Shown here piece by piece: positions 9,034-17,898 of a stretch of DNA of 32,456 bases (within the stretch, counting starts at the first letter, position 1; each line of letters opens with the position of its first letter). Source of the DNA: Oscillospiraceae bacterium (GTDB lineage Bacteria > Bacillota > Clostridia > Oscillospirales > Ruminococcaceae). The notes under the pieces were generated by a model. The model ran no database searches. It was not told the DNA's origin and was given only the letters and a program-made list of their open reading frames with translations. The stretch covers positions 1-32,456 of the forward strand of contig JAUNBN010000001.1 of the NCBI GenBank assembly GCA_030527085.1. The letters run 5' to 3'. The position numbers were made by a program, and so were the translations under genes.

Positions 9034-10404
9034 ATGATTTCCTGCGACACCATTGCCGCCATAGCCACTCCCCCCGGCGCGGGCGGCATAGCGATAGTCC
9101 GCATCTCCGGCGAGGGGGCCTTTGCCACAGCGAACGCTGTTTTCAGGGCGAACTGCGGCAGGCCGCTCGAGGAGCAGCGGGGCTTCAGCGCGCGGCTCGG
9201 CAAGGCCTATTCGCCCGAGGGCGAGCTTATAGACGAGGCGCTGGCGCTCGTCTTCCACTCGCCGCGCAGCTATACGGGCGAGGACGCAGTCGAGATAATG
9301 TGCCACGGCGGGGAGCTGCCCTGCCGCGAGATATTGAGCGCCGTCTGCGCGGCGGGAGCGCGCGCGGCGGCGAGAGGAGAGTTTACCCGCAGAGCCTGCC
9401 TGAACGGCCGCATAAGTCTCAACGAGGCCGAGGCCGTCTGCGAGCTTATAAACTCCGCCTCAAGGCAGGGCGAGCGCGCGGCGGCGGCGCTGGCTTCGGG
9501 CGCGCTCTCCAAAAAGCTGGACGAGCTTAAAGCCGAGATACTCGCCATGCAGGCGCATCTCACCGCCTGTATAGACTTCCCCGAGGAGGACGTGGAGGAG
9601 CCGGATTACGCCGAATTTGAAAGCAGGCTCGGCGCGCTTGTTTCTGAGCTTGAGAAGCTCGCGGGCAGCTACAATCTGGGCGCGGACTTAATTCGCGGAG
9701 TTCCGGCGGTAATAGTGGGCAGCCCGAACGTGGGTAAGAGCACGCTTTTAAACCTGCTGGCGGGCGCGGAAAAGGCGCTGGTCACGCCCATAGCCGGGAC
9801 TACGCGCGATGTGCTCGAGCAGAGGATAAGCCTCGGCGGCACGACGCTGCTGCTGGCCGACACGGCTGGAATACGCGAGAGCGAGGACCCGGTGGAGAAA
9901 ATGGGCATAGAGAGGGCGCTGCAGAGGGTGGAGGAGGCCTCACTCATCTTCGCGGTCTTCGACAGCTCGCGGGCGCTGGATTCGGACGATTTGCGGCTTA
10001 TAGAGAGCCTCAGGGACCGCCGCGCGATAGCGGTTGTAAACAAAACCGATTTGCCTCAGGCGCTCGACAGCGCCCCTTTAAAAGCCGCCTTCGGCGAGCC
10101 GGTCTTTATAAGCGCAAGGGAGCCGCAGTCGCTGGAAGTGCTGGACGAAGCCGTAGCCCGGCTTATCAAAACCGACTCGCTCGACCCTAACGCACCCCTG
10201 CTCGCCACAGAGAGACAGCGCGAGAGCGCGCTGAGAGCGCTGGAGTTTCTTAAAGAGGCGCGGGAGGCCTGCGCCGCCTCGCTGCTGGACGCGGGCTACG
10301 CCATGCTCTCTCAGACGCTGGAGGCCCTGAGCGAGCTTAAAGGAGAAAACGCCTCCGAAAGCGTGCTCGACGAGGTTTTCTCGCGCTTCTGTGTCGGGAA
10401 GTAG
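9034..10404 (+). CDS. mnmE: tRNA modification GTPase MnmE
   Basis: 456 aa. N-terminus is DTIAAIATPPGAGGIAIVRISG, the G-domain has GSPNVGKSTLLN, and the C-terminal motif is CVGK. Confidence 0.96.
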   Translation: MISCDTIAAIATPPGAGGIAIVRISGEGAFATANAVFRANCGRPLEEQRGFSARLGKAYSPEGELIDEALALVFHSPRSYTGEDAVEIMCHGGELPCREILSAVCAAGARAAARGEFTRRACLNGRISLNEAEAVCELINSASRQGERAAAALASGALSKKLDELKAEILAMQAHLTACIDFPEEDVEEPDYAEFESRLGALVSELEKLAGSYNLGADLIRGVPAVIVGSPNVGKSTLLNLLAGAEKALVTPIAGTTRDVLEQRISLGGTTLLLADTAGIRESEDPVEKMGIERALQRVEEASLIFAVFDSSRALDSDDLRLIESLRDRRAIAVVNKTDLPQALDSAPLKAAFGEPVFISAREPQSLEVLDEAVARLIKTDSLDPNAPLLATERQRESALRALEFLKEAREACAASLLDAGYAMLSQTLEALSELKGENASESVLDEVFSRFCVGK

Positions 10405-10531
10405 CAATCAGTTTAAATCAATACACAATAAACGCTAATATGCTCTCAAGGCTTTGTGCATTATAGCTTGGAAAAGGGAGCGGCCCAGTGCAGGCAAAAG
10501 ACCTCATGGGAACGCTCTCTCGGGGAAGTTT

Positions 10532-12415
10532 ATGTTTAAGTTTAAGGACTACGACGTTATAGTTATAGGCGCGGGGCACGCGGGCTGCGAGGCTGCGCTG
10601 GCCTCGACGCGCCTCGGCGCGCGCACGGCGGTCTTCACCCTGACGCTAGACGCCATAGCCAATATGCCCTGCAATCCTTCAATTGGCGGCACGGCCAAGG
10701 GCTGTCTCGTGTTTGAAATAGACGCCTTAGGCGGCGAGATGGGCCGCGCGGCCGACGCCACTACCCTGCAGAGCCGAATGCTCAACACCGCCAAGGGCCC
10801 GGCAGTACGCTCTTTAAGGGTGCAGTGCGACAGGCGTGAATACCACCGCTACATGAAGCGCGCGCTCGAGAACGAGCCGCTTATGGATATAATTCAGGAC
10901 GAGGTAACGCGCCTTAAAGTAAAGGACGGCGAAATAGAGGGCGTAGAAAGCGCGCTGGGCTACGACTGCCGCGCAAAGAGCGTGATTATAGCTACGGGAA
11001 CTTATTTAAAGGGTCGTATATTTGTGGGCGAGGCTACAAGGGACTGCGGGCCGGACAATGTAGCCGCCGCAAGCGAGCTCTCGCGCTCTCTCGAGCGGCT
11101 GGGATTGCCGCTGCGCCGCTTCAAGACCGGTACGCCCGCGAGAGCGCACCGGCGCAGTATAGATTTTTCAAAGCTGCCAAGGCAGGACGGGGACTCGAAC
11201 CCCGTGCCCTTCGATCCCTTTAACGAGGGAAAAACCGAAAACAAGCTGCCCTGCTTTATAGCGCACACCAACGAAAGGACCCATGAGGTCATAAGGGCGA
11301 ATATTAGCCGCTCGCCGCTCTACGGCGGCAAAATAGAGGGCGTGGGGCCGCGCTACTGCCCCTCAATAGAGGACAAGGTAATGCGCTTTGCGGACAAGGA
11401 GCGCCACCAGATATTCGTGGAGCCCTGCGGCGAGTTCACCGAGGAGGTCTACTTGCAGGGCATGAGCTCCTCGCTGCCGCTGGACGCGCAGTACGAGCTC
11501 TACCGCACCATAGAGGGCTTTGAGAAAATCGAGCTCATGCGCCCCGCCTACGCCATAGAGTACGACTGCGTAGACCCGCTGGCGCTGCTGCCCACGCTCG
11601 AGACCAAGGCCGTAAAGGGGCTTTACGGCGCGGGGCAGTTCAACGGCACCAGCGGCTACGAGGAGGCCGCGGCGCAGGGGCTTGTGGCAGGGATAAACGC
11701 GGCGCGGCGGGCGCAGGGCTTGAGCGCCTTTACCCTGCCGCGCGAGAGCTCCTATATCGGCACGCTGATAGACGACCTCGTTACCAAGGGCACGAACGAA
11801 CCCTACCGAATGATGACCTCACGCAGCGAATACCGCCTGCTTCTGCGGCAGGACAACGCCGACGAGCGCCTCTGCGAAATCGGTTTTGAGCTGGGGCTTT
11901 TGAAAAAAGAGCGTTATGAGCTTTACAGAGAAGAAAAAGAGCTTTTGGAAAGAGAGCTCGAGAGGCTGGAAAAGACCTTTATAGCGCCAAGCAGGGAGCT
12001 TAACGGATTTTTGGAGGGGCGCGGCGAGAGCGCGCCGCCCTCCGGCGGCGCGCTGGCGGGGCTGCTGCGCCGCCCCGCCGTCGGCTACGCCGACCTCGCC
12101 GCCTTCGATCCCGCCCGTCCGCCGCTGCCCTTGAGGGTGCGCGAGCGAGTCGAGACCGAGCTTAAATACGCGGGCTATATAAAAAGGCAGCGCGCCGCGG
12201 TTGAGAGGCTAAAAAGATATGCCGAGACGCCGCTCGAAGCGGATATATGCTACGCCGAAATTGAGGGCCTGCGTCTCGAGGCCAGGCAGAAGCTGGACGC
12301 GGTAAAGCCGCTGAATTTGGGCCAGGCCTCGCGCATAAGCGGGGTCAATCCTGCGGATATTGAGGTGCTCACCATCTGGCTGGCAAAGCGCCGCCGCGAC
12401 AAAAACGCGAACTAG
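10532..12415 (+). CDS. mnmG: tRNA uridine 5-carboxymethylaminomethyl modification enzyme MnmG
   Basis: MFKFKDYDVIVIGAGHAGCEAA FAD-binding N-terminus. The ATG at 10532 was chosen over the TTG at 10454 because homology begins at this Met. Confidence 0.95.
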   Translation: MFKFKDYDVIVIGAGHAGCEAALASTRLGARTAVFTLTLDAIANMPCNPSIGGTAKGCLVFEIDALGGEMGRAADATTLQSRMLNTAKGPAVRSLRVQCDRREYHRYMKRALENEPLMDIIQDEVTRLKVKDGEIEGVESALGYDCRAKSVIIATGTYLKGRIFVGEATRDCGPDNVAAASELSRSLERLGLPLRRFKTGTPARAHRRSIDFSKLPRQDGDSNPVPFDPFNEGKTENKLPCFIAHTNERTHEVIRANISRSPLYGGKIEGVGPRYCPSIEDKVMRFADKERHQIFVEPCGEFTEEVYLQGMSSSLPLDAQYELYRTIEGFEKIELMRPAYAIEYDCVDPLALLPTLETKAVKGLYGAGQFNGTSGYEEAAAQGLVAGINAARRAQGLSAFTLPRESSYIGTLIDDLVTKGTNEPYRMMTSRSEYRLLLRQDNADERLCEIGFELGLLKKERYELYREEKELLERELERLEKTFIAPSRELNGFLEGRGESAPPSGGALAGLLRRPAVGYADLAAFDPARPPLPLRVRERVETELKYAGYIKRQRAAVERLKRYAETPLEADICYAEIEGLRLEARQKLDAVKPLNLGQASRISGVNPADIEVLTIWLAKRRRDKNAN

Positions 12416-12418
12416 GGC

Positions 12419-12557
12419 TGAGGGGGCAGTAAAAAGTCTAAGCAGCAGTGCCAACCGGCATGGGCTGAGAGGCAAAGTCATTATGTTCGCCCCTCCGAAG
12501 GCGGGGGTGAACAAAAAAGTCCGAGCAGCAAAGCCAACCGGTATTGGCTTAGAGAGG
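12419..12557 (+). repeat. About 1.5 tandem repeat units containing a family hairpin in the mnmG-rsmG spacer
   Basis: The hairpin GTTCGCCCCTCC-GAA-GGCGGGGGTGAAC lies at 12485-12512. The unit AAAAAGTC..AGCAGCA..GCCAACCGG.AT.GGCT.AGAGAGG occurs at 12431-12472 and 12514-12557. The first unit is preceded by a GAGGGGGCAGT half-arm. Confidence 0.5.
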
Positions 12558-12564
12558 TATCGAG

Positions 12565-13269
12565 ATGCTGGATTTTGAAAGACTCAAAAAATACGCGGGC
12601 GGCTATTTCCCCGGAATTAAAGACGCAGATATCGAAAAAACAGCCCTCTACGGCGAGCTCGTGCTCGAGAGAAACCGCGCGATGAATCTCACTGCCATAA
12701 GCGGGCCCGAGGCCTTTGTCGATAAGCACCTGCTTGACAGCCTGGCTGCCGCCGCCCTGCCCGAAATAGCGGGCGAGGTCTGCGACGTCGGCAGCGGCGC
12801 GGGCTTCCCCGGCGCGGTCATAGCGGCCGTGAGGGAGGATGCGCGCCTCACCCTGCTCGACTCAACCAAAAAGAAGCTCGAGTTCGCGGCCGAGGCCTGC
12901 GCAAAAGCCGAAATAAGCGCTAAAACTCTGCACGCGAGAGCCGAGGAGGCCGCGCGCAGGGCCTGCCGTGAGAGCTTTGACAGCGCCGTTTCGCGCGCGG
13001 TGGCCCGCCTTGCGGCGCTCTGCGAACTCTGCCTGCCCTTGGTTAAGGTTGGAGGCTGCTTTGTCGCGATGAAGGGCCCCTCCTTTGAGGAGGAGCTGCG
13101 CGAGGCCGAGGGCGCGATTGCGAAGCTGGGCGGCAGCTTCAAGAAAACGGTTTCCTACGAGCTGCCCGACGGTGACCGCCGCGCCTTGATTATAATAGAA
13201 AAAATACAACCGACTCCCGAGGCCTACCCGAGAGCCGGAGCAAAAATAATAAAGAGCCCGCTCAGGTAA
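12565..13269 (+). CDS. rsmG: 16S rRNA (guanine527-N7)-methyltransferase RsmG (GidB)
   Basis: 234 aa with SAM motif DVGSGAGFPG. It follows mnmG in the conserved position. Confidence 0.93.
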   Translation: MLDFERLKKYAGGYFPGIKDADIEKTALYGELVLERNRAMNLTAISGPEAFVDKHLLDSLAAAALPEIAGEVCDVGSGAGFPGAVIAAVREDARLTLLDSTKKKLEFAAEACAKAEISAKTLHARAEEAARRACRESFDSAVSRAVARLAALCELCLPLVKVGGCFVAMKGPSFEEELREAEGAIAKLGGSFKKTVSYELPDGDRRALIIIEKIQPTPEAYPRAGAKIIKSPLR

Positions 13270-13384
13270 AAGCGCGCTCAATATTTTTCTCCCTGCACTA
13301 AGCCAGGATATTTACCTCGGCGGAAACCTTAGATTAGCTCGCGCGGTCGGATGGGTTCCGTTCGCGCGGGATCAGCGTTCCTGA

Positions 13385-13424
13385 CCCCGCCTTTGGCGGG
13401 GGTAATGCAGCTTCAAATACCAGC
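13385..13424 (+). repeat. Repeat-family core hairpin plus tail
   Basis: CCCCGCC-TTT-GGCGGGG (13385-13401) is followed by GTAATGCAGCTTCAAATACCAGC. This parallels GGAATACCGCCTCAAATACCCGC of the 21441-21532 copy. Confidence 0.4.
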
Positions 13425-13576
13425 CTTTGAATCACTTGCGCAGCCGGTATGCTGTTGCGCCCCGGACTCGCCCGTGATATTCTAAGACAAAAGCAGCCTT
13501 GGACGGCCGCACCGTCTGCCGCGCTGTTCTTTTTTCCCGCGCGTCGGGCAGAATTATTTAAAGACAGGTTTTATTA

Positions 13577-14314
13577 ATGGGCAACGCCAAACTTAAAAGC
13601 GGCGAATATATAGCGGTGAGGGACGGCGCGGCCTTGAGCTTCGGCGGAAATCAGCGCTGGCTTGCCGAGGGAAGGCCGGAAGCTCTAGCCAAGTGCTCCT
13701 GCGGAGCCGTGGCGGCCGCCGATCTCTTTTTATATCTCGCGCGCTCGCGCCCTCAGTGGGAGAGCCCGCTTTGCGCGGCCTTTGCGCGCGCCGAAGAGCT
13801 TTCAAAGGAGGAATATCTCCGATACCTGTCCGAGGTGCTCGCTCGCTACGCGCGCCCGCTGCCCTATTTCGGCAAGACGGGCTTCGGCCTGGCGCAGGGC
13901 ATAAACCGCTATTTCGCCGAAAACCGGCTGGGACTGAAGGCCAAGTGGCGGCAGACGGCTCTCGACGGCGGCGCGCTTATGAGAATAGCGGCGCAGCTGG
14001 CGGACGACCTGCCCGTCATTCTCTCCATACCCTCCTTTCCCCTGAAAATCAAATCCCTTAATATGTACCGCCGCTCGCGCGAGGGCCGCGGCCTTACGGA
14101 CGCGCTGCGCTACAAAAACCGAAGCGGCCATTTTGTAACCGCCTGCGCGCTCGAGGACAGGGTGTTGACCGTTTCCTCCTGGGGCAAGCGCTTTTATCTC
14201 GACTGTGAAGAATACCTGCGCGCGGCGCGGCTGCCCGCCGGGCTTATCTCCTGCGGCTATATGACGCTCGAGGAAAGAGCGTCAAGAACAGCTCTGATTG
14301 GCGAAGGCTTATGA
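13577..14314 (+). CDS. Hypothetical protein, possible papain/C39-like Cys-His fold (weak)
   Basis: 245-aa ORF with coding-like composition. CSCGAVAAADLFLYL and a later SGHFVTA resemble Cys and His motifs of C39-like peptidases. The stop overlaps the next start (ATGA). Confidence 0.6.
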   Translation: MGNAKLKSGEYIAVRDGAALSFGGNQRWLAEGRPEALAKCSCGAVAAADLFLYLARSRPQWESPLCAAFARAEELSKEEYLRYLSEVLARYARPLPYFGKTGFGLAQGINRYFAENRLGLKAKWRQTALDGGALMRIAAQLADDLPVILSIPSFPLKIKSLNMYRRSREGRGLTDALRYKNRSGHFVTACALEDRVLTVSSWGKRFYLDCEEYLRAARLPAGLISCGYMTLEERASRTALIGEGL

Positions 14315-14916
14315 AAGCGCATAAATACGAGCTGCTGCTGGCGGCGGTAATAGCCGCGAGAGCTACCTCATTTATATTCAGCAAAATAGTCCTTCAAACG
14401 ATGGAGACTTTCAATCTGCTCGCAATAAGGTGCTTGCTGGCCTTTTTTCTTTTGCTTATTGTTTTCCGCAAAAAAATCCCGCAGATTAAAAAAGGTGAGA
14501 TTGTTGCCGGGATTATTGTCGGAGCTCTGTACTATCTCACTATAGCGAGCGAGCTTACCGCGCTCAAGACAACAGCTTCCTCTACGGTAGCCCTTCTGGA
14601 AAACTGCGCCATCATCTTCGTGCCTTTGTTTACCTCGATCCTTTGCAAAAAGCCTTTGGAAAGTACAACTATAATAAGCGCGTCTGTCGCCATGTTGGGG
14701 GTATTCTGCCTGACCGCCCAGTTCGGTGGGCTGTCGCCCGGTCTTGTTTTCGGCCTGCTTTCCGCCGTCCTTTATGCCTCCGCCATCATAGTGACGGAAA
14801 AAATCACCCACAGGGAACTTGACCCCTTTTGTATCGGCATCGTTCAGGTCGGAACGACGGCGGGGGGGAAGACATCGAAAAATCCACGCGGCGGGTCACA
14901 CCCTGCTTCAGCTTGA
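14311..14916 (+). pseudogene. Truncated EamA/DMT-family transporter (first EamA domain only)
   Basis: About 178 aa of EamA-like hydrophobic repeats, ending near ..RELDPFCIGIVQ. The reading frame then runs into a repeat-family half-copy (14859-14903), giving the non-membrane tail VGTTAGGKTSKNPRGGSHPASA. Full-length EamA proteins have two such domains. Confidence 0.55.
14859..14903 (+). repeat. Right half of a MITE-like element fused to the truncated EamA ORF
   Basis: GGCGGGGGGGAAGACATCGAAAAATCCACGCGGCGGGTCACACCC aligns with the right half of copy 5781-5824 (GGCGGGGAAAAGACAGCGAAAAAACAACGCAACGGGACACTCCC). No left arm is present. Confidence 0.5.
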
Positions 14917-14936
14917 GGTATCCGCGTTTTTACCGC

Positions 14937-15287
14937 TTAAACTACCTCTCTCAGCAGCTCCTCCGCGGAGATTTTGTAGAGCTTTGCGAGCGCCAGCAGG
15001 TTCGAGGTGCTGGGGTCGGAAAGCCCCTGCTCCCATTTCGAGACCGCCTGGCGGCTCACGCCCAGAGCCTCGGCCACAAACTCCTGCGTCATTTTGCACT
15101 CAGTGCGCCGCTTTTTCAGCGCCTCTCCGAGCGACTGCTTGACAGCGGCTTTCTCTTCCCTCACGTCTTTGGAGCGCAGATACTTGAGCAGCGCCCTTAT
15201 CACAAGAGTCAGAAGAAAGACAAAGAGAGCGGCTGCGAGCAGAATAAAAACGAACATCAATACGCTTGCTGATGCGTTTACTTTCAT
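14937..15287 (-). CDS. Membrane-anchored XRE-family HTH regulator (N-terminal TM helix, C-terminal HTH)
   Basis: The ATG at 15287 is preceded by AAGGAGG. The protein starts MKVNASASVLMFVFILLAAALFVFLLTLVI (TM). It then has the HTH_3-like LKKRRTECKMTQEFVAEALGVSRQAVSKWEQG. The longer 184-aa track ORF lacks a Shine-Dalgarno. Confidence 0.8.
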   Translation of the reverse strand: MKVNASASVLMFVFILLAAALFVFLLTLVIRALLKYLRSKDVREEKAAVKQSLGEALKKRRTECKMTQEFVAEALGVSRQAVSKWEQGLSDPSTSNLLALAKLYKISAEELLREVV

Positions 15288-15355
15288 TTTAAACACGCCT
15301 CCTTTCAGTGCTTCAAGCTTAGCACGGTCGGCGGTTGCCTTAAAGCAAGTATGGC

Positions 15356-15370
15356 GCAACTTCAAGTTGC
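15356..15370. promoter_or_regulatory. Perfect palindrome, candidate XRE operator
   Basis: GCAACTT-C-AAGTTGC abuts a minus-strand TAAAAT (-10-like, 15371-15376) upstream of the XRE gene. Direct repeats GCCT(T)AAAGCAAGT flank it at 15337-15350 and 15395-15407. Confidence 0.4.
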
Positions 15371-15503
15371 ATTTTAGGTGAAACGGCTTTATGAGCCTAA
15401 AGCAAGTCTGTATCTCCGTTTTTTGCCAGTATAGCACAAAGACCCTTCGGCGCAAGGGCGGGATTGCGCGCCGAACGCGGTGATTTCCCACGTCAGCAGG
15501 GCC

Positions 15504-15610
15504 GCATAAGCTTTTTGGGAATCCACCCCCGCTGAAGGCGGGGGTGGATTGATATTGGCCTTCGGCATGGGGAATACAGCGAAAAACCCGCGCGGCGGAA
15601 CACTCTCGGG
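15504..15610 (+). repeat. MITE-like repeat copy
   Basis: The head is GCATAAGCTTTTTGGG. The perfect 13-bp hairpin is AATCCACCCCCGC-TGAAG-GCGGGGGTGGATT (15520-15550). The tail ACAGCGAAAAACCCGCGCGGCGGAACACTCTCGGG parallels ACAGCGAAAAAACAACGCAACGGGACACTCCCGG of copy 5735-5824. Confidence 0.5.
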
Positions 15611-15622
15611 CAGCGTAAAGCC

Positions 15623-15650
15623 TTGCGTGATTTGACCGAGGCTGTATAAT
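15623..15650 (+). promoter_or_regulatory. Candidate promoter of the large membrane-protein gene
   Basis: TTGCGT, a 16-nt spacer, then TATAAT (15645-15650). It lies 36 nt upstream of the ATG at 15686, just after the repeat terminus. Confidence 0.4.
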
Positions 15651-15685
15651 AGAGCCAAACCCGTTTTAAGAGGGAGCCTGAATCC

Positions 15686-17653
15686 ATGAGCTTTGCCCTT
15701 TCCTTTGTTTCAATTCTGCTTATAGCCCTTTTGTTCATAAGGCGCTTCAAGGTGAACGCGGCGCTCGCGCCCTTCGCCTCCATAGCCTTCATCACGCTGC
15801 TGCTTATATTCACCGGCGTGTTCAATTTGCTTATTGTGGGGATAATTCTGGTCTACGCGCTGGCGGTCTTTTCCCTTTGGTACTGCCTTATAAGGGAGAG
15901 AAAGCGTCTCGCCGAGACCGCGCGGGAGTTCTTTAAGCCCGGTATGGTGTTTTTTATTGTGTCCTCGCTTGCCTTTCTTGTTGCGCTGGGCGACAAGCAG
16001 CCCTATTTCATGATTTGGGACGAGTTCTCCTTCTGGGGCATAGCCGTCAAGAACATGTGGCTGAACGGCAGGCTCTACACCCTCTTTACCAGCAGCATGA
16101 TAGGCGTCTCCTACCCGCCCGCGCTGCCGGTCTTCAGCTATTTCATGCAGTGTACGGCGGGGGTCTTTACCGAGTGGCTGGTCTATCTCGCCTACGATAT
16201 TCTGATGATGTCCGTCTTCGCCATGCTCTTCGCGCGGCTCAAATGGAAGAACTATATTGCCCTGCCGGTTCTGAGCTTTACCTCCGTCGCCGCCCTCTAT
16301 ATTTTCTGGGAGAGCTTCGAGGGCCTCAAGCTCTACTCGACCTCCTATTCGGACGTGCCGCTGGGCGTTGTTTTCGGCGCGGTGCTCGCGGCCTGGTTCT
16401 CCTCGGACGAAAGGGGCTTTCCGCGCTGGTCGGTAACGGCGCTGGCGCTGCTGCTGCTGCCGATGATGAAGGACACCGGCCTCGCCTTCGCGCTCGTGGC
16501 GGCGGCTGTCTGCGCCTTCGATATGATAATTTCGCGGAGCTTCCCGAGCGAGCGGCTCTTTAAATGGGAGAAGCCCTTCGTTAAATATTTTTACGCGCTG
16601 GCCTTCTTTATAGCCGTGCTCGTGAGCTATGAGGTCTGGACGCTGCATCTCGCCTCGGCGGTCTCTATCGAGCGCAACTCCGTGCCCTATGAGTACGGCC
16701 TTGTGGATATGCTCGCGGGGCGCGACCCCTTCTTCAACGAAATCTGGAAGCGCATGGTTTCAGCGCTGACCGAGCTCAAGCTCGTAACCTTCGGCAACGT
16801 CAAAACAATGCTCATCGCCTTTACCTTAACCCCGCTCGTCCTCGCGCCCTTCTGCAAGCATAAGCGCAATTCGCTCAGGTTAGTTATAAACTCGTTTATG
16901 CTGCTCGCGGGCTTCTTCCTCTACTACCTCATGATGGCCTACCTCTACACGGCGGTATTCCATTCGAGCGAATACTCCCTGACCTCCTACCAGCGCTACA
17001 TAAGCTCCTACGCCATAGGCTGGCTCATTGCCATTCTGGCGATGTGCTTCGGCGAGATATCCCGGTGGCGCTGGGTTAAGGCGGCGAAGGCTCCGGCAGT
17101 TGCCGCCTGCGGCGTTTTGCTCTGGTCGCTGTTCTACTACACTCCCGTGCCGCTCAAAAACTACGTCTTTATAAGCGAGGAGGTCTATCAGGACCTTCTG
17201 CCCCTGCGCCAGCTCATGATGGACAACGCGGCGGACTTCGCCGGAGCCTTTACGAGCGAGGACAGGATTTATTACGTCTGCCAGGACTCGAACGGCGGCG
17301 AGTGGTTCTATTTCAACTACGAATTCCAGCCCGCTTTCACCGTCCAGACGCTGGAGGGCGGCGACTTCGTCGCCAAGGGCTCCGAGCACGACGGCCCCTA
17401 CGACGTCGAGGCAGACCGCGCCGACTTCGAGGCCTACCTGCGCGAAGAGGAGGTTGACTACGTCTTCGTACAGAAGATAGACGACTACTTCGCGGAGGAG
17501 TTCGCGCCCCTGTTCTCGGACAATCTTATGGGTTTTTTTGACGGCACTGCCAGCATGTACAAGATAACCTACACCGAGATGGGGGGGATGAGTCTCATTC
17601 CCGTCTATTCCGGAGTGAACGCCCTCGCCCTTAAAGAGCAGTACGGCTACTGA
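15686..17653 (+). CDS. Large polytopic membrane protein, possible GT-C-fold glycosyltransferase
   Basis: 655 aa with more than 10 predicted TM segments and a soluble C-terminal part. An acidic loop motif, MIWDEFSFWG, follows the early TM helices, reminiscent of the DE motif of ArnT/PMT-type enzymes. AGGGAG Shine-Dalgarno is present. Confidence 0.8.
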   Translation: MSFALSFVSILLIALLFIRRFKVNAALAPFASIAFITLLLIFTGVFNLLIVGIILVYALAVFSLWYCLIRERKRLAETAREFFKPGMVFFIVSSLAFLVALGDKQPYFMIWDEFSFWGIAVKNMWLNGRLYTLFTSSMIGVSYPPALPVFSYFMQCTAGVFTEWLVYLAYDILMMSVFAMLFARLKWKNYIALPVLSFTSVAALYIFWESFEGLKLYSTSYSDVPLGVVFGAVLAAWFSSDERGFPRWSVTALALLLLPMMKDTGLAFALVAAAVCAFDMIISRSFPSERLFKWEKPFVKYFYALAFFIAVLVSYEVWTLHLASAVSIERNSVPYEYGLVDMLAGRDPFFNEIWKRMVSALTELKLVTFGNVKTMLIAFTLTPLVLAPFCKHKRNSLRLVINSFMLLAGFFLYYLMMAYLYTAVFHSSEYSLTSYQRYISSYAIGWLIAILAMCFGEISRWRWVKAAKAPAVAACGVLLWSLFYYTPVPLKNYVFISEEVYQDLLPLRQLMMDNAADFAGAFTSEDRIYYVCQDSNGGEWFYFNYEFQPAFTVQTLEGGDFVAKGSEHDGPYDVEADRADFEAYLREEEVDYVFVQKIDDYFAEEFAPLFSDNLMGFFDGTASMYKITYTEMGGMSLIPVYSGVNALALKEQYGY

Positions 17654-17690
17654 GGCTGAATATATAAGCAGGAAGAAGCTGGAAATCGTT

Positions 17691-17828
17691 TTGAGCCTTA
17701 CAATCGCCGCGGTAGCAGCTGCTGTGGCTGTCGTCTGCGCTCCCGAAAGCCGCTGGGGCCTTGCGGCGGTATTCGCGCTGATTGCCGGTCTGAATATTGC
17801 AGGTTTTTTTCTGAGAGCTAGGTTTTAA
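17691..17828 (+). CDS. Possible 45-aa two-TM micro-protein (TTG start)
   Basis: LSLTIAAVAAAVAVVCAPESRWGLAAVFALIAGLNIAGFFLRARF, with genome-like codon usage. The Shine-Dalgarno is weak and the start is non-ATG. It is not in the ORF track. Confidence 0.25.
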   Translation: MSLTIAAVAAAVAVVCAPESRWGLAAVFALIAGLNIAGFFLRARF

Positions 17829-17835
17829 GGGAACA

Positions 17836-17867
17836 GCCTCAGCGCCTCATGCGCGTTGCGCCGAGGC
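17836..17867 (+). terminator. GC-rich stem-loop downstream of the membrane-protein gene
   Basis: GCCTCAGCGC..GCGCCGAGGC pairs at 9/10 bp. The following T-run is weak (AATATCTTT). Confidence 0.35.
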
Positions 17868-17898
17868 GCAATATCTTTAAGTTGAGCTATATATCCAT

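Noticed and set aside
13270-13576. Possible riboswitch or ncRNA in the 307-nt leader of the 13577 gene
   Set aside because: Apart from the repeat-family hairpin and some GC-rich stems, I could not match it to any riboswitch consensus (c-di-GMP, SAM, TPP, T-box) by eye. It needs a covariance-model scan.
15710-16648. 312-aa minus-strand ORF inside the large membrane-protein gene
   Set aside because: It is antisense to a gene with clear TM periodicity. Its composition (R/G/E/H-rich) is not protein-like. The same reasoning applies to 16015-16563 and 16880-17389.
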